From IMG/VR virus record IMGVR_UViG_2541047898_000007: DNA of 41,901 bases. One strand, 5' to 3'. This document shows, piece by piece, positions 17,445 to 27,735 of the stretch. The translations under genes and the position numbers were made by a program. Source of the DNA: a virus (Duplodnaviria; Heunggongvirae; Uroviricota; Caudoviricetes). The notes beneath the pieces were generated by a model. It saw only the letters and a program-made list of their open reading frames with translations, was not told where the DNA came from and did not search any database. Every line of letters starts with the position of its first letter. Position 1 is the first letter of the stretch.

Positions 17445-18058
17445 TGAACCAACAATTATTTCAAAAGGCGGCTGGTATCAGCGCCGGACTGGCTGTGCGC
17501 TGGTTTCAACCAGTAGATGCAGCGATGAAAGAATTCGGCATTACAGCACCCGCGGATCAGGCCATGTTCATCGCTCAGGTAGGTCATGAGTCTGGTGGCT
17601 TTAGCGCTGTAGTTGAAAATTTGAACTACACACCATCTGCGCTGGTGGCGACGTTCGGAAAGAGGATCACACAGCAGCAGGCTGATGCCCTTGGCAGAAC
17701 ATCCGGACATGCAGCTCGTCAGGATGCTATTGCCAATCTGGTGTATAGCAACCGCCTGGGTAACAAAGCGCCCGGCGACGGCTGGAAATATCGCGGCAGA
17801 GGGTTAATTCAAATCACTGGCCTCGACAATTATCGCACCTGCGGGGCTGCTCTGAAGTTAGATTTGGTGACTTCACCTGAACAACTGGAACAGGAACTAC
17901 AGGCTGCGCGCTCAGCTGCATGGTTCTACACCTCTAAAGGCTGCATGATCTACGGTGCCGATATTAATCGTGTTACTCGCATCATTAACGGCGGTCTGAA
18001 CGGTATTGAGGATCGTAAGGTCCGATACAACAAGGCGCGGGCGGCGCTGCTGGTATGA
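17444..18058 (+). CDS. Endolysin, glycoside hydrolase family 19 (chitinase-like lysozyme)
   Basis: 204 aa; FIAQVGHESGGF and GRGLIQITG motifs typical of GH19 phage endolysins. Confidence 0.75.
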   Translation: MNQQLFQKAAGISAGLAVRWFQPVDAAMKEFGITAPADQAMFIAQVGHESGGFSAVVENLNYTPSALVATFGKRITQQQADALGRTSGHAARQDAIANLVYSNRLGNKAPGDGWKYRGRGLIQITGLDNYRTCGAALKLDLVTSPEQLEQELQAARSAAWFYTSKGCMIYGADINRVTRIINGGLNGIEDRKVRYNKARAALLV

Positions 18059-18447
18059 AGATGAGTTATTGGGCGCTTATTTTAACGTTTATTGCTTGTA
18101 TTGCTGGTGGTCTTGTCTGGTCAGCGAATCATTACCATGGAAAGTTTCTGGAGGAACAGCGGCGCGCTGACGATGCAGAACAGCGCGCTGATTCCTTTGA
18201 GACCATCACCGCGAATGTCCTGCGCACCGTAGCAATAACGAACATCATTCTGGAGACAAATCAATATGCCAGGCAGCAGATCGCACTGGAGTCACAGAGA
18301 ACCGAGAACGATATCAAGGCTGCTGTTGCGGATGATGATTGTGCTGTTCGTTTTGTGCCTTCTGGCGCAGTTAAGCGGCTGCACGACTACGCGAACGGTC
18401 TACGTTCCAGTTCCGGTGGTTCCGTTACCAGCCAACCTGACGGCTGA
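18055..18447 (+). CDS. Rz-like i-spanin
   Basis: 130 aa; N-terminal TM helix then coiled-coil-like periplasmic domain; follows the endolysin. Confidence 0.6.
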   Translation: MKMSYWALILTFIACIAGGLVWSANHYHGKFLEEQRRADDAEQRADSFETITANVLRTVAITNIILETNQYARQQIALESQRTENDIKAAVADDDCAVRFVPSGAVKRLHDYANGLRSSSGGSVTSQPDG

Positions 18448-18610
18448 AACACCCCAGCCAGATTTACCCGATCCGTTTACGTGGGGAGCAAGCCTTAACC
18501 TGAATGTTGCGTTGTTGTCAGCGTTAGCACAGTGCAACAGGGATAAGGCTGATATCAGGACTTTCGAGAACAACAGGGCAGGACAAACAGATGGCACGAT
18601 TAAACGTTGA
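18332..18610 (+). CDS. Rz1-like o-spanin lipoprotein, nested in the +1 frame of Rz and extending beyond it
   Basis: Internal start MMIVLFVLCLLAQLSGC gives a signal peptide with lipobox LSGC; Pro-rich mature region. Confidence 0.55.
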   Translation: MMIVLFVLCLLAQLSGCTTTRTVYVPVPVVPLPANLTAETPQPDLPDPFTWGASLNLNVALLSALAQCNRDKADIRTFENNRAGQTDGTIKR

Positions 18611-18776
18611 AGTTATCCCACCAGACAGCGAGGTGCTGAACGGGATTTTTGCAGAGATTGAGCGCAAATATGCGCGTCAGCCGCTGACGCCAAAAGTAAT
18701 TGATGAAATGCAACGCGAAGCGACGCGCCTTGTACGGCGAATGATAACCACAAAGGTTACGTTCGTCCGGGACTGA
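18591..18776 (+). CDS. Hypothetical small protein
   Basis: 61 aa ORF overlapping the Rz1 end. Confidence 0.3.
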   Translation: MARLNVEVIPPDSEVLNGIFAEIERKYARQPLTPKVIDEMQREATRLVRRMITTKVTFVRD

Positions 18777-18830
18777 CATTACAGAAGCCCTTCACTGAGG
18801 GGCTTCGATAATGGAGCACTGGGATTATTC

Positions 18831-19451
18831 ATGAACAGACCACACCCACCAGCGCATTTTACGATGCCACCTGACCCGAAGCCTTACATCAGCATAATGC
18901 CCGCCATTGACGTTGGCGAGTGGCTGAATCAGCACATCCTGAGCGATGAGGGTGACCTCTACAACCCTGACCACCAGCATTTGCTTGAAGCGGATCTGTG
19001 CTTTCTCTGGGCGTCGAACACTTTCGAGAAGAAAGGGCGGTCCGTGCTGGGGCAGGCGGAAGAAGTGGCAATGCGGGCTGGAGGCTGGCAGAAAGCGCGG
19101 ATGGAGCAGCAGATGTATGAATGGTTCGGCAGGGTGCCGCAGTTCATCATCACGCTGGCCGCCGATTACTGCTCGCAATGTTCCGATCTGGAATTCTGCG
19201 CGCTGATAGAGCACGAGCTTTATCACATCTGCCAAGCGACAGATGAATTTGGTGCGCCGAAGTTCACGCAGGAAGGGCAGCCAAAGCTGAAGCTGCGCGG
19301 CCATGACGTGGAAGAGTTTGTGGGCGTGGTTCGCCGTTACGGTGCGAGCCGGGACGTGCAGGAAATGATTGATGCGGCGAATCAGCCAGCGGAGGTTGCT
19401 CATCTCGATATTGCCAGAGCGTGCGGGACGTGCATGCTGCGACTGGCTTAA
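18831..19451 (+). CDS. HExxH-motif protein, putative zinc metallopeptidase-like, between lysis and packaging modules
   Basis: 206 aa; IEHELYHI contains HExxH; additional Cys pairs (CSQCSD, CGTC); co-oriented with the late operon. Confidence 0.45.
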   Translation: MNRPHPPAHFTMPPDPKPYISIMPAIDVGEWLNQHILSDEGDLYNPDHQHLLEADLCFLWASNTFEKKGRSVLGQAEEVAMRAGGWQKARMEQQMYEWFGRVPQFIITLAADYCSQCSDLEFCALIEHELYHICQATDEFGAPKFTQEGQPKLKLRGHDVEEFVGVVRRYGASRDVQEMIDAANQPAEVAHLDIARACGTCMLRLA

Positions 19452-19482
19452 ATACTGGACTGTATAAGACGAATGGTGATTT

Positions 19483-19956
19483 ATGGCTGCATTAAAACCT
19501 GATGTGAAAGCCTTCATCATTCAGTCGCTTGCGTGCTATGACACGCCATCGCAGGTGGTCGAGGCTGTCCAAAAAGAATTCGGGATCAGGATCACCCGCC
19601 AGCAGGCTGAATCTCACGACCCCACGAAGGCCAGCGGTAAGACGCTCGCCAAAAAGTGGATCGAGATGTTCCACGCGACGCGCGAACGGTTCCTGACCGA
19701 AACCAGCGACATTCCGATAGCGAACAAATCCTATCGCCTCCGCGTGCTTGACCGCATGGCAACCAAAACCGAGGGGATGAAAAACTTCTCCCTGACGGCG
19801 CAGCTTATCGAACAGGCCGCGAAAGAGGTTGGCGACGCTTACACCAATAAGCTGAAGGTTGAGAGCACTGGCAAGGATGGCGGCCCGATCAAGACCGAGA
19901 CGACCAACCTCACCGCAGATCAGGCCGCAGAGATTTACCGCAAGATGATGGGGTGA
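19483..19956 (+). CDS. Terminase small subunit
   Basis: 157 aa; immediately upstream of and overlapping the large terminase start. Confidence 0.55.
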   Translation: MAALKPDVKAFIIQSLACYDTPSQVVEAVQKEFGIRITRQQAESHDPTKASGKTLAKKWIEMFHATRERFLTETSDIPIANKSYRLRVLDRMATKTEGMKNFSLTAQLIEQAAKEVGDAYTNKLKVESTGKDGGPIKTETTNLTADQAAEIYRKMMG

Positions 19957-21581
19957 TCATGCCTCTCCCGTTTGAATTCGATTTCAGAAACCCTGATTAC
20001 CAGATGGTTTTTGAATGGCGGATGGAGCGCTTACAGCGCATTCGCCAGAACCCTGAAATGCTGCCAGCGCTAAAGCAGTTTTACCGCACCAACCCGGCAC
20101 AGTTCATCATCGACTGGGGTATGACGACTGACCCGCGTAACATCGATTATGGCCTGCCGGTCACCATCCCTTTTCTGCTGTTCCCGAAACAGGAAGAATG
20201 GATTCACTGGATCATGGAGCGGCGCGAACGGCTGGAGAACGGCATCACCGAAAAGAGCCGCGAAATGGGGCTCAGTTGGACCGCGATCGGGCTGGCCTGC
20301 TCGCTTTGTCTCTTCAACAAAGAAATGGTCATCGGTTTCGGCTCCCGTAAAGAGGAATACGTCGACAGCACCGGTGACCCGAAGGCGCTGTTCTGGAAGG
20401 CGCGAAAGTTCGTGGAAACACTGCCCATCGAGTTTCGTGGTTCGTGGGACGAGAAGAAGCATGCGCCGTATATGCGCGTTGAGTTTCCAGATACTGGCGC
20501 GGTTATCAAAGGCGAGGCTGGCGACAATATCGGACGTGGTGACCGTACCACGCTCTACCTGGTGGATGAAGCTGCATTCCTCCAGCGTCCTCTGTTGATT
20601 GATGCGGCGCTGTCGCAAACCACCCGTTGCCGTATTGACCTGAGCTCGGTTAATGGCATGGCGAACCCGTTCGCGCAGAAGCGCCACGGCGGAAAAATAC
20701 CAGTATTCACGTTCCACTGGCGAGATGACCCGCGCAAGGATGAAGAGTGGTATCGCAGGGAGTGCGAGAAAATCGACAATCCGGTGGTGGTGGCGCAGGA
20801 ACTTGACCTGAACTACAGCGCATCTGCGGAAGGCGTCCTGATCCCGTCCGACTGGGTACAGGCTGCCGTCGACGCGCATATCAAACTTGGTATTCAGCCA
20901 ACGGGCAAGCGACTGGGCGCGATGGACGTCGCCGACGAAGGCCGGGACAAAAATGCCTTTTCGACCCGTCACGGCTTCCTTCTGGAGAACGTGCGTGAAT
21001 GGTCCGGCGTTGGCAGCGACATTTACCAGTCTGTTGAGAAGGTCTTCGGCTTTTGCGAACAGGACAACCTCGAAGAGTTTCGCTTCGACGAGGACGGCCT
21101 GGGTGCTGGCGTTCGCGGCGATGCGCGCGCCATCAACGAACTGCGTTACGCAGCGCGCCGACCGTCAATACTCGCCACACCGTTTCGTGGTAGCGGCGCG
21201 GTATTTGATCCGGACGATGAAGCGGTGCGCGGGGACAACGGACAGGCCGCACGCCTGAACAAGGACTTCTTCGCCAACGCCAAGGCCCAGAGCTGGTGGT
21301 GGCTACGCAAGCTTTTCCAGAACACCTATCGCGCCGTGGTTGAGGGCATGGCCTACAACCCGGACGAAATCATCTCAATCAGCAGCGCCATGGCGAGCAA
21401 AGACAAACTCATCATTGAGCTGTCGCAGCCGACCTACTCCATTAATGGCGTGGGGAAAATCGTTGTTGATAAACAGCCTGATGGCACCAAGTCGCCGAAC
21501 CTCGCCGACTCGGTGATGATCAGCTACGCGCCAATGAATTCAGCCCTGAACATCTGGGAGCTGCTAGGGAGACAGGCCTGA
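19953..21581 (+). CDS. Terminase large subunit
   Basis: 542 aa; GTG start overlapping terS stop; size and position typical; ATPase-like N-terminal region and nuclease-like C-terminal region. Confidence 0.8.
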   Translation: MIMPLPFEFDFRNPDYQMVFEWRMERLQRIRQNPEMLPALKQFYRTNPAQFIIDWGMTTDPRNIDYGLPVTIPFLLFPKQEEWIHWIMERRERLENGITEKSREMGLSWTAIGLACSLCLFNKEMVIGFGSRKEEYVDSTGDPKALFWKARKFVETLPIEFRGSWDEKKHAPYMRVEFPDTGAVIKGEAGDNIGRGDRTTLYLVDEAAFLQRPLLIDAALSQTTRCRIDLSSVNGMANPFAQKRHGGKIPVFTFHWRDDPRKDEEWYRRECEKIDNPVVVAQELDLNYSASAEGVLIPSDWVQAAVDAHIKLGIQPTGKRLGAMDVADEGRDKNAFSTRHGFLLENVREWSGVGSDIYQSVEKVFGFCEQDNLEEFRFDEDGLGAGVRGDARAINELRYAARRPSILATPFRGSGAVFDPDDEAVRGDNGQAARLNKDFFANAKAQSWWWLRKLFQNTYRAVVEGMAYNPDEIISISSAMASKDKLIIELSQPTYSINGVGKIVVDKQPDGTKSPNLADSVMISYAPMNSALNIWELLGRQA

Positions 21582-23050
21582 TGGCACGAAACAAGCAATC
21601 CTCTCAGCGAACGGCACAGGCCACCGCTGACGGCTACGAGAACTTCGTCGCCCGCGTTGGGATGCAGACGCCTAACCAGCATTCAGCATCGACCTACCGG
21701 GCGAACTTCACCAGCCGCAACCGCATGCTGGTGGAATGGTCATATCGCGGTTCGTGGGTTATCGGTGAAGCGGTCGACGCTATCCCGGACGATATGACCC
21801 GAAAGGGCATTCGCATCACTTCGGAGATTGACGCCAAAGACCGTGGCACCCTCGAAGCGCAACTGGATGAGTTGCAGATCTGGGATGCGCTGAACGACGT
21901 GCTGAAATGGTCGCGCCTCTACGGCGGCGCGGTCGGCTTCATCATGATCGAGGGGCAAGCACCAATGACCCCGCTGCGACTCGAAACCATTGGCGAGGGC
22001 AAGTTTAAGGGCATTCTCCCGCTCGACCGCTGGATGATTAACCCGGTGCTGACACGCCGCATTAAAGAGATGGGGCCGGACCTCGGCAAGCCTGAGTTTT
22101 ACGACGTGGTGACCACCGCAACGGGCATTCCGGCCTGGCGCATCCATCACAGCCGCCTGATCCGCTTTGATGGCGTCACGCTGCCATTCCAGCAGAAGAT
22201 GACCGAAAACGAATGGGGAATGTCGGTTGTAGAGCGTATCTGGGATCGGCTTACTGCGTTCGATAGCGCTACTGTCGGCGCGGCGCAGCTGGTCTATAAA
22301 GCGCATCTGCGTACCTATAGCGTGGAGAAGTTGCGCGAGCTTATCGCGCTTGGAGGCCCGGCGTTCGAAGCGTTGCTGAAGAACATCGACCTGATCCGCC
22401 AGTTCCAGAGCAATGAAGGTATGACGCTCATGGACTCGCGGGATAAGTTCGAAACCCACCAGTACAGCTTTAGTGGTCTGGATGACATTCTTTCGCAGTT
22501 TGCTGAGCAGATCAGCGGTGCCGTTGGTATCCCGCTGGTACGCCTGTTCGGTCAATCCCCGAAAGGCTTCTCTACTGGTGATGCAGACCTCGCCAACTAT
22601 TACGACCGGGTGAGCTCATTGCAGGAGCGCCGCTTACGGCTGCCGATGCGCCGGATACTGGACATTATGCACCGCTCGGAACTCGGAAAGCCGCTGCCGG
22701 ACGATTTCACGTTTGAGTTTAACCCGCTATGGCAAATGTCAGACGTTGACCGATCAACGGTGGCCGTAAACACCACCAACGCGATCAGTACCGCGCTGGG
22801 CGACGGATTGATGACGCGTAAGGCGGCGATGACCGACCTGCGCGAAAACTCTGACGTCACCGGCATCGGGGCATCCATTACCGACGAGGATATCGAGAAT
22901 GCCGAAGACGAAGCGCCGCCAGGCATCGGCGAACTTGGCGACAAACCGCCAGAGCCGCCAGGCGGAGATCCGATATCGAACGAGCCTACGGCAGATAGCG
23001 CGGGCGGTCGGGGATATCGTAAATGGTCGCTACGATGGTTCAAACGATAG
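21581..23050 (+). CDS. Portal protein
   Basis: 489 aa; ATGA-type overlap with the terL stop; acidic C-terminus; canonical position. Confidence 0.7.
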   Translation: MARNKQSSQRTAQATADGYENFVARVGMQTPNQHSASTYRANFTSRNRMLVEWSYRGSWVIGEAVDAIPDDMTRKGIRITSEIDAKDRGTLEAQLDELQIWDALNDVLKWSRLYGGAVGFIMIEGQAPMTPLRLETIGEGKFKGILPLDRWMINPVLTRRIKEMGPDLGKPEFYDVVTTATGIPAWRIHHSRLIRFDGVTLPFQQKMTENEWGMSVVERIWDRLTAFDSATVGAAQLVYKAHLRTYSVEKLRELIALGGPAFEALLKNIDLIRQFQSNEGMTLMDSRDKFETHQYSFSGLDDILSQFAEQISGAVGIPLVRLFGQSPKGFSTGDADLANYYDRVSSLQERRLRLPMRRILDIMHRSELGKPLPDDFTFEFNPLWQMSDVDRSTVAVNTTNAISTALGDGLMTRKAAMTDLRENSDVTGIGASITDEDIENAEDEAPPGIGELGDKPPEPPGGDPISNEPTADSAGGRGYRKWSLRWFKR

Positions 23051-23672
23051 CGTCACCGAAATAATGGATGCGCTGGAGCGCTACAGCGAAATCATCACCC
23101 CCTGGGCGACTAAGGTTGCTGAGAGCTTCACCGCCGACATTGCGCGCCAGAATGAAAAGCAGTGGCGTCAGCACAGTCGGAACATCAGCGCAGAACTACG
23201 CAACATGGTCGACCGCGCCCCGGTAGGCCAGGTGATGAAATCCATCGTCGCCGAGCAAATTAAGTACATCAAATCTCTGCCTCTTGAGGCCGCCGATCGG
23301 GTGTATGACATTCAGAACAAGGCCATCGAGGCTGTAGTAACTGGTGGCCGCGCTGAGCCATTCGCGAAAGAGATAGCTGCTTCCGGTGACGTGTCACGCT
23401 CACGAGCGAACCTTATCTCCCGGACTGAGCTTGGGCGCGCAACCGGTGCATTGGATCAGGCGCGTGCGCTGTCAATCGGCTCGAATGGTTATATCTGGCG
23501 TACAGCCGAAGATGGCGACGTCCGGCATTCTCATCGAGAGATGGAAGGGAAGTTTGTCGAATGGGGCCGACCTCCAACGCTTGACGGCATGACCGGTCAC
23601 GCTGGCGAGCTCCCGAACTGCCGCTGTTACAAAGAAATCGTCTTCCCCAACCCTCATTCTTATCTCGCCTGA
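22899..23672 (+). CDS. Head morphogenesis protein (Mu F / SPP1 gp7-like)
   Basis: 257 aa; C-terminal YIWRTAEDGDVRHSHREMEGKFV...CRCY resembles the Mu F family; overlaps the portal 3' end by about 150 nt, so the true start may be an internal ATG. Confidence 0.65.
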   Translation: MPKTKRRQASANLATNRQSRQAEIRYRTSLRQIARAVGDIVNGRYDGSNDSVTEIMDALERYSEIITPWATKVAESFTADIARQNEKQWRQHSRNISAELRNMVDRAPVGQVMKSIVAEQIKYIKSLPLEAADRVYDIQNKAIEAVVTGGRAEPFAKEIAASGDVSRSRANLISRTELGRATGALDQARALSIGSNGYIWRTAEDGDVRHSHREMEGKFVEWGRPPTLDGMTGHAGELPNCRCYKEIVFPNPHSYLA

Positions 23673-23686
23673 ATCGCAGGTAAACC

Positions 23687-24919
23687 ATGAAATATTTTTT
23701 CAATACCCGGCTGGGGGAAACCCGTTATCAGCTGGCTGACGGCTCGCTGCTGTGCAAAGACGTGCCGATAGGTCGAACGGGTAAGCAGCTTTACGGCGCT
23801 GCCGATCTGCCAAACCTCAAACCCGACAAGCTCGGCGAGATAGTCGTAACGCGCTCTCCTGATCAGGTATTCCATCCGGCCACGCTCGCCTCATTCGAAG
23901 GGATGAGCATCACGATCCTGCATCCTGAAGATGAAAACGGGAATGTGCGGCTGGTCAACCCCGAGAACTGGAAAGAGCTTGCGGTCGGGCATCTTCAGAA
24001 CGTTCGGCGCGGGACTGGTGATCAGTCTGATTTGATGCTGGCTGACCTTATCGTCAAAGACGAAAGCGCCATTCAGCTGATCGAAGATGGTCTGCGCGAA
24101 GTGTCGTGCGGCTATGACGCTGAGTACGAGCAGACCGAACCCGGAAAAGCCGAGCAGGTCGATATTACCGGAAACCATGTGGCTCTTGTCCCTAAAGGCA
24201 GAGCCGGAAATCGTTGTGCAATTGGAGACAGAGACACAATGGCAAATCAAAAGAAAAGCTGGTGGACCCGCATGCGCACGGCCATCAAAACGGGTGATGC
24301 TGACACCATGAACGAACTGCTGGACTCTGCGCCAGCGGCGGTAACGGGCGATGAAGGGGATCTGCCGAGCGGCGTTAACCTCAACATTAATCTTTCACCG
24401 CAACAACCATTGCCGGACAAAAAGCCGGAAATGGGCGGAGAGCCAACCGGCGACGGCGAGGACGATATCAAAACCTTGCTCAAAGCCCTGCTGGCTAAGC
24501 TGGAAGGTACTGCAACGGGCGATAACGACGATAAGCCTGACGGCAAAGATAACAAAGACCCTACCGGCGAGGGTGAGGACGACGAAGAGGAAACCACGAT
24601 TACCGGTGACGCTGCTTATCGTGCCGAAGTTATCGTTCCGGGTATCGATCTGAGCCGTAAGGTGAAACCGACCGCGTTCAAACGTGATGTGCTGTCCGCC
24701 GCTGACAAAACACTGGTTCGCCAGGTTGTCGGTGATGCAGATATCCGCAAATTGCCCAAGCAATCGGTCGATATGGCGTTTAACGCCGTGTCTGAGATTG
24801 CCAAAGGGCGAAACACCCGCAGCACCACGGGCGATGCACAACGTCCAAATATGGGCATGACCAGCATCGCTTCCCTGAACAAACAAAACGCCGACTTCTG
24901 GTCTAACCGCAAAGGATAA
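23687..24919 (+). CDS. DUF2213-like putative scaffolding / prohead core protein
   Basis: 410 aa; N-terminal domain followed by a long acidic, Gly/Asp/Glu-rich low-complexity region; located between head morphogenesis and capsid genes. Confidence 0.45.
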   Translation: MKYFFNTRLGETRYQLADGSLLCKDVPIGRTGKQLYGAADLPNLKPDKLGEIVVTRSPDQVFHPATLASFEGMSITILHPEDENGNVRLVNPENWKELAVGHLQNVRRGTGDQSDLMLADLIVKDESAIQLIEDGLREVSCGYDAEYEQTEPGKAEQVDITGNHVALVPKGRAGNRCAIGDRDTMANQKKSWWTRMRTAIKTGDADTMNELLDSAPAAVTGDEGDLPSGVNLNINLSPQQPLPDKKPEMGGEPTGDGEDDIKTLLKALLAKLEGTATGDNDDKPDGKDNKDPTGEGEDDEEETTITGDAAYRAEVIVPGIDLSRKVKPTAFKRDVLSAADKTLVRQVVGDADIRKLPKQSVDMAFNAVSEIAKGRNTRSTTGDAQRPNMGMTSIASLNKQNADFWSNRKG

Positions 24920-24923
24920 TCCA

Positions 24924-25427
24924 ATGACTGCATATTTGTACCGGATGCCTGTTGGCATTGCCGGGGCTATCTCTCGCCCGCAGGATTTAACCGTCGAGCC
25001 GGTGATCCTTAAATCCGCTAACGCCTTCGCTGCCTATGGTCTGGCTGGCAAATACGACGCTGACGGCTTTTTTGTGCCGCTGGCGGACGGTGACACCTCC
25101 GACAAAGTGAAGGGGATCTACGTTCGTCCGTATCCGACCACATCACAGCCGGACATGGTTCGCCAGGTGGGGACAGATAAGAACTTCCCGGGCGATGCAA
25201 TGAAGCGCGGTTACATGACCGTTAACCTTGGTTCTGACTTTGATGCCAGCACCATCAAAAAAGGTGACCCGGTATACGTTGTTGTCTCCACTGATGAATC
25301 TATTAAAGTGCCGCTGGGTGGTTTCTGCTCTTCAAGCGTGGAAGGGAAAACTGTCGTACTCGCGAATGCTGAATTTACTGGTGCCGGTGACGCTAACGGT
25401 AATGCAGAAATCTCCTGGAAGATTTAA
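24924..25427 (+). CDS. Hypothetical head protein (possible decoration protein)
   Basis: 167 aa; immediately upstream of the major capsid gene. Confidence 0.35.
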   Translation: MTAYLYRMPVGIAGAISRPQDLTVEPVILKSANAFAAYGLAGKYDADGFFVPLADGDTSDKVKGIYVRPYPTTSQPDMVRQVGTDKNFPGDAMKRGYMTVNLGSDFDASTIKKGDPVYVVVSTDESIKVPLGGFCSSSVEGKTVVLANAEFTGAGDANGNAEISWKI

Positions 25428-25438
25428 GGAACAGACAA

Positions 25439-26380
25439 ATGATTACTTTTGATCAGGCAACCGTAGATAGCTCCGGTGCCTTTCTCATCGGGGAGCTGGA
25501 GCGACTCGACCAGACGCTGAACCTGCCTCTGGTGGGGTACACCTGGACCCGAGATATTCAACTGCGTGAAGACGTGTCTATCGCAGATGACATTTCCAGC
25601 TGGACGAATACCAGCTTCGCCGCTGCGGGTACTGGTGCAAATCCGAATGGTAAAAACTGGGTAGGCAAAGACTCCACCGCTATTGCTGGCGTGAACGTGG
25701 ATATCAGCAAAGACGGCAATCCACTGAACCTCTGGGGTATGGAACTGGGCTGGACCGTTGTAGAGCTGGCAGCTGCTCAGCAGGTAGGCCGCCCGATTGA
25801 TACCCAGAAGTACGACGGGATGCAGCTCAAATGGCAGATGGACAACGACGAGCAGGTTTACATCGGTGATGACGCACTCGGCCTGAAAGGTCTGGCAAAC
25901 CTCGTCGGTGTGACGCTGAACAACGCGCCGAAGACCTGGGCGAACTCAACCAACGACGAGATCCTCGATAGCGTGAACAGCATTCTGTCTAATGCCTGGG
26001 CAGCATCCGGTTATTCCATCGTGCCTTCTGATCTGCGCATTCCGCCAGAGCAGTATTCACTGCTGGCGAGCCGTAAGGTTTCCGAAGCGGGTAACCAGTC
26101 ACTGCTGACCTATCTGGCTGTGAACACTATCGCTTTCCACCAGAACGGCGTTCCGCTTGAAATCAAAGCGGTCAAATGGCTGAAAGGGCGTGGGGTTGGC
26201 GGTAAAGACCGTATGATCGCCTACACCAACGACAAGAAATACGTGCGCTATCCGCTGGTGCCGTTGCAGAGCGTTCCTGTCCAGTATCGCGGTCTGTATC
26301 AGATTGCGACCTACTACGGCAAGCTCGGTGCGGTTGAGCCAGTGTACAAAGAAACCCTGTCCTACGTGGACGGTATCTGA
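25439..26380 (+). CDS. Major capsid protein (DUF2184-like)
   Basis: 313 aa; position; strong stem-loop just downstream. Confidence 0.65.
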   Translation: MITFDQATVDSSGAFLIGELERLDQTLNLPLVGYTWTRDIQLREDVSIADDISSWTNTSFAAAGTGANPNGKNWVGKDSTAIAGVNVDISKDGNPLNLWGMELGWTVVELAAAQQVGRPIDTQKYDGMQLKWQMDNDEQVYIGDDALGLKGLANLVGVTLNNAPKTWANSTNDEILDSVNSILSNAWAASGYSIVPSDLRIPPEQYSLLASRKVSEAGNQSLLTYLAVNTIAFHQNGVPLEIKAVKWLKGRGVGGKDRMIAYTNDKKYVRYPLVPLQSVPVQYRGLYQIATYYGKLGAVEPVYKETLSYVDGI

Positions 26381-26421
26381 TAACCAGAACGGCCCCGAAA
26401 GGGGCCAGAAGGGAACTGAAA

Positions 26422-26811
26422 ATGGCGAAAGAAAAGCTGGTTACCATCCATGTTCACACCCCGTTTACGCTGACGCTCGGCGATCAGTCAAAAAGGGAGT
26501 TTGGCCGGGGACGGCATAACGTACCGGAAGAGGTCGCGTCGCACTGGTTCACCCAGGCGCACTCCGAGCTTTCCGAAAGCGTGATTAGCGACACCGATGA
26601 TCTGCAACCCATTATCGACAGCCTGCAAGCTCAGATTGCCGACAAAGATAAGCAGATTATCGATAAAGATCAGTTGATTGCCGATCTGCGAGAAGCGCTG
26701 CTCAAGCTGCAAGAGCAGAACGACAGCCTGCAAGCGCAGATTGCTGCCGCCCAGACTGGCGGTAATGGGGCGAAAGATGCCAAAGAATCAAAGCCTGCCA
26801 ACAGTAAGTGA
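26422..26811 (+). CDS. Hypothetical coiled-coil protein
   Basis: 129 aa; heptad-like [44 protein letters not shown]. Confidence 0.4.
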   Translation: MAKEKLVTIHVHTPFTLTLGDQSKREFGRGRHNVPEEVASHWFTQAHSELSESVISDTDDLQPIIDSLQAQIADKDKQIIDKDQLIADLREALLKLQEQNDSLQAQIAAAQTGGNGAKDAKESKPANSK

Positions 26812-27184
26812 TTTTCGGCGCGACTTTCCACAGTTTGCTGACCCTGCCAAATATCCCGAAGCACAAATCCAGTTTCGTCTGAATCTGGCTGATGTGCTGC
26901 TGAGCGAAAACGTCACCGGCAAAGAGTTGTTTCCGTACTTTGTCGAGTTGTTCGTGGCTCACTACATGACGCTCTGGGCGGCAGATAGCCGGGCAATGCT
27001 CGTCGGCGGCCCGGGTGGCTCAACCAATGGTGTTCAGTCCTCCAAGTCCGTTGACAAGGTAAGCGTCAGCTATGACACCAGCGCGACGCTAAACCCTGAC
27101 GCAGGCTTCTGGAATAACACCCGATATGGCGCTGAATTTTATCAGCTGATCACGATGTTCGGTGCGGGCGGTCGCCAGCTATGA
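26777..27184 (+). CDS. DUF4054-like head-tail connector protein
   Basis: Start chosen at in-frame ATG 26777 inside track ORF 26678-27184; [14 protein letters not shown] resembles DUF4054 N-termini. Confidence 0.4.
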   Translation: MPKNQSLPTVSDFRRDFPQFADPAKYPEAQIQFRLNLADVLLSENVTGKELFPYFVELFVAHYMTLWAADSRAMLVGGPGGSTNGVQSSKSVDKVSVSYDTSATLNPDAGFWNNTRYGAEFYQLITMFGAGGRQL

Positions 27185-27735
27185 GTTTCAAAAGTGGTGT
27201 AACAACGAGGGTTGATAACGCTCAGGCCATTCTGGATGCGCTCCGGTCGCTAACCAAAAAGGATGTGCTGGTGGGCATCCCGGAAGAAGACAGCGAGCGT
27301 GAGGATGTTCCGTTTGGTAATGCCGGGATCGGTTACGTCAACGAATACGGCTCACCAGCGCAAAACATACCCCCACGCCCGCACCTGATCCCCGGCGTTA
27401 AATCCGTAGAGGAACAGACGGTGCCGCAGCTCAAAGCAGCGGCGCAGGCTGCGCTTGATGGAAATGCGGCGGGTGCGGAAAGAGCGCTTAACCGCGCCGG
27501 AACGCTGGCCGCGAATGGCGTCAGGCGTTACATGACCATTACCGGCTTTACACCGCTTGCTGATAGCACCGTTGAAGCACGCGCACGCCGTGGGCGCAAA
27601 GGGGCAAAAGAGGAACTTGCGCGGCGCGCTGCTGGTGAGTCTCCTGGAACCGATCTGGTGAAACCGCTAATCGACACCGGGCAATATCGCAGAGCTATTA
27701 CCCATATTGTGAGGGATAAAGATGCCGAATCTTGA
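27181..27735 (+). CDS. Hypothetical virion morphogenesis protein
   Basis: 184 aa; translationally coupled within the head-to-tail gene block. Confidence 0.4.
   Translation: MSFKSGVTTRVDNAQAILDALRSLTKKDVLVGIPEEDSEREDVPFGNAGIGYVNEYGSPAQNIPPRPHLIPGVKSVEEQTVPQLKAAAQAALDGNAAGAERALNRAGTLAANGVRRYMTITGFTPLADSTVEARARRGRKGAKEELARRAAGESPGTDLVKPLIDTGQYRRAITHIVRDKDAES

Noticed and set aside
18825-19520. 231 aa minus-strand ORF opposite the HExxH protein gene
   Set aside because: The + strand reading carries a coherent motif and matches late-operon orientation; the antisense product is Arg/His/Leu-rich with no motif. Kept as a caveat under the HExxH finding
20070-20972. 300 aa ORF on the minus strand inside the large terminase gene
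   Set aside because: Antisense to a well-supported terminase ORF in GC-rich DNA where long spurious reverse-frame ORFs are expected; Arg/Pro/Ala-rich composition typical of antisense translation; no start context
21740-22555. 271 aa minus-strand ORF inside the portal gene
   Set aside because: Antisense to the portal ORF; GC-rich artefact
24395-24958. 187 aa minus-strand ORF (and overlapping 105 and 116 aa ORFs) opposite the DUF2213-like gene
   Set aside because: Antisense to a structural-operon gene; reverse-frame translation of an acidic low-complexity coding region
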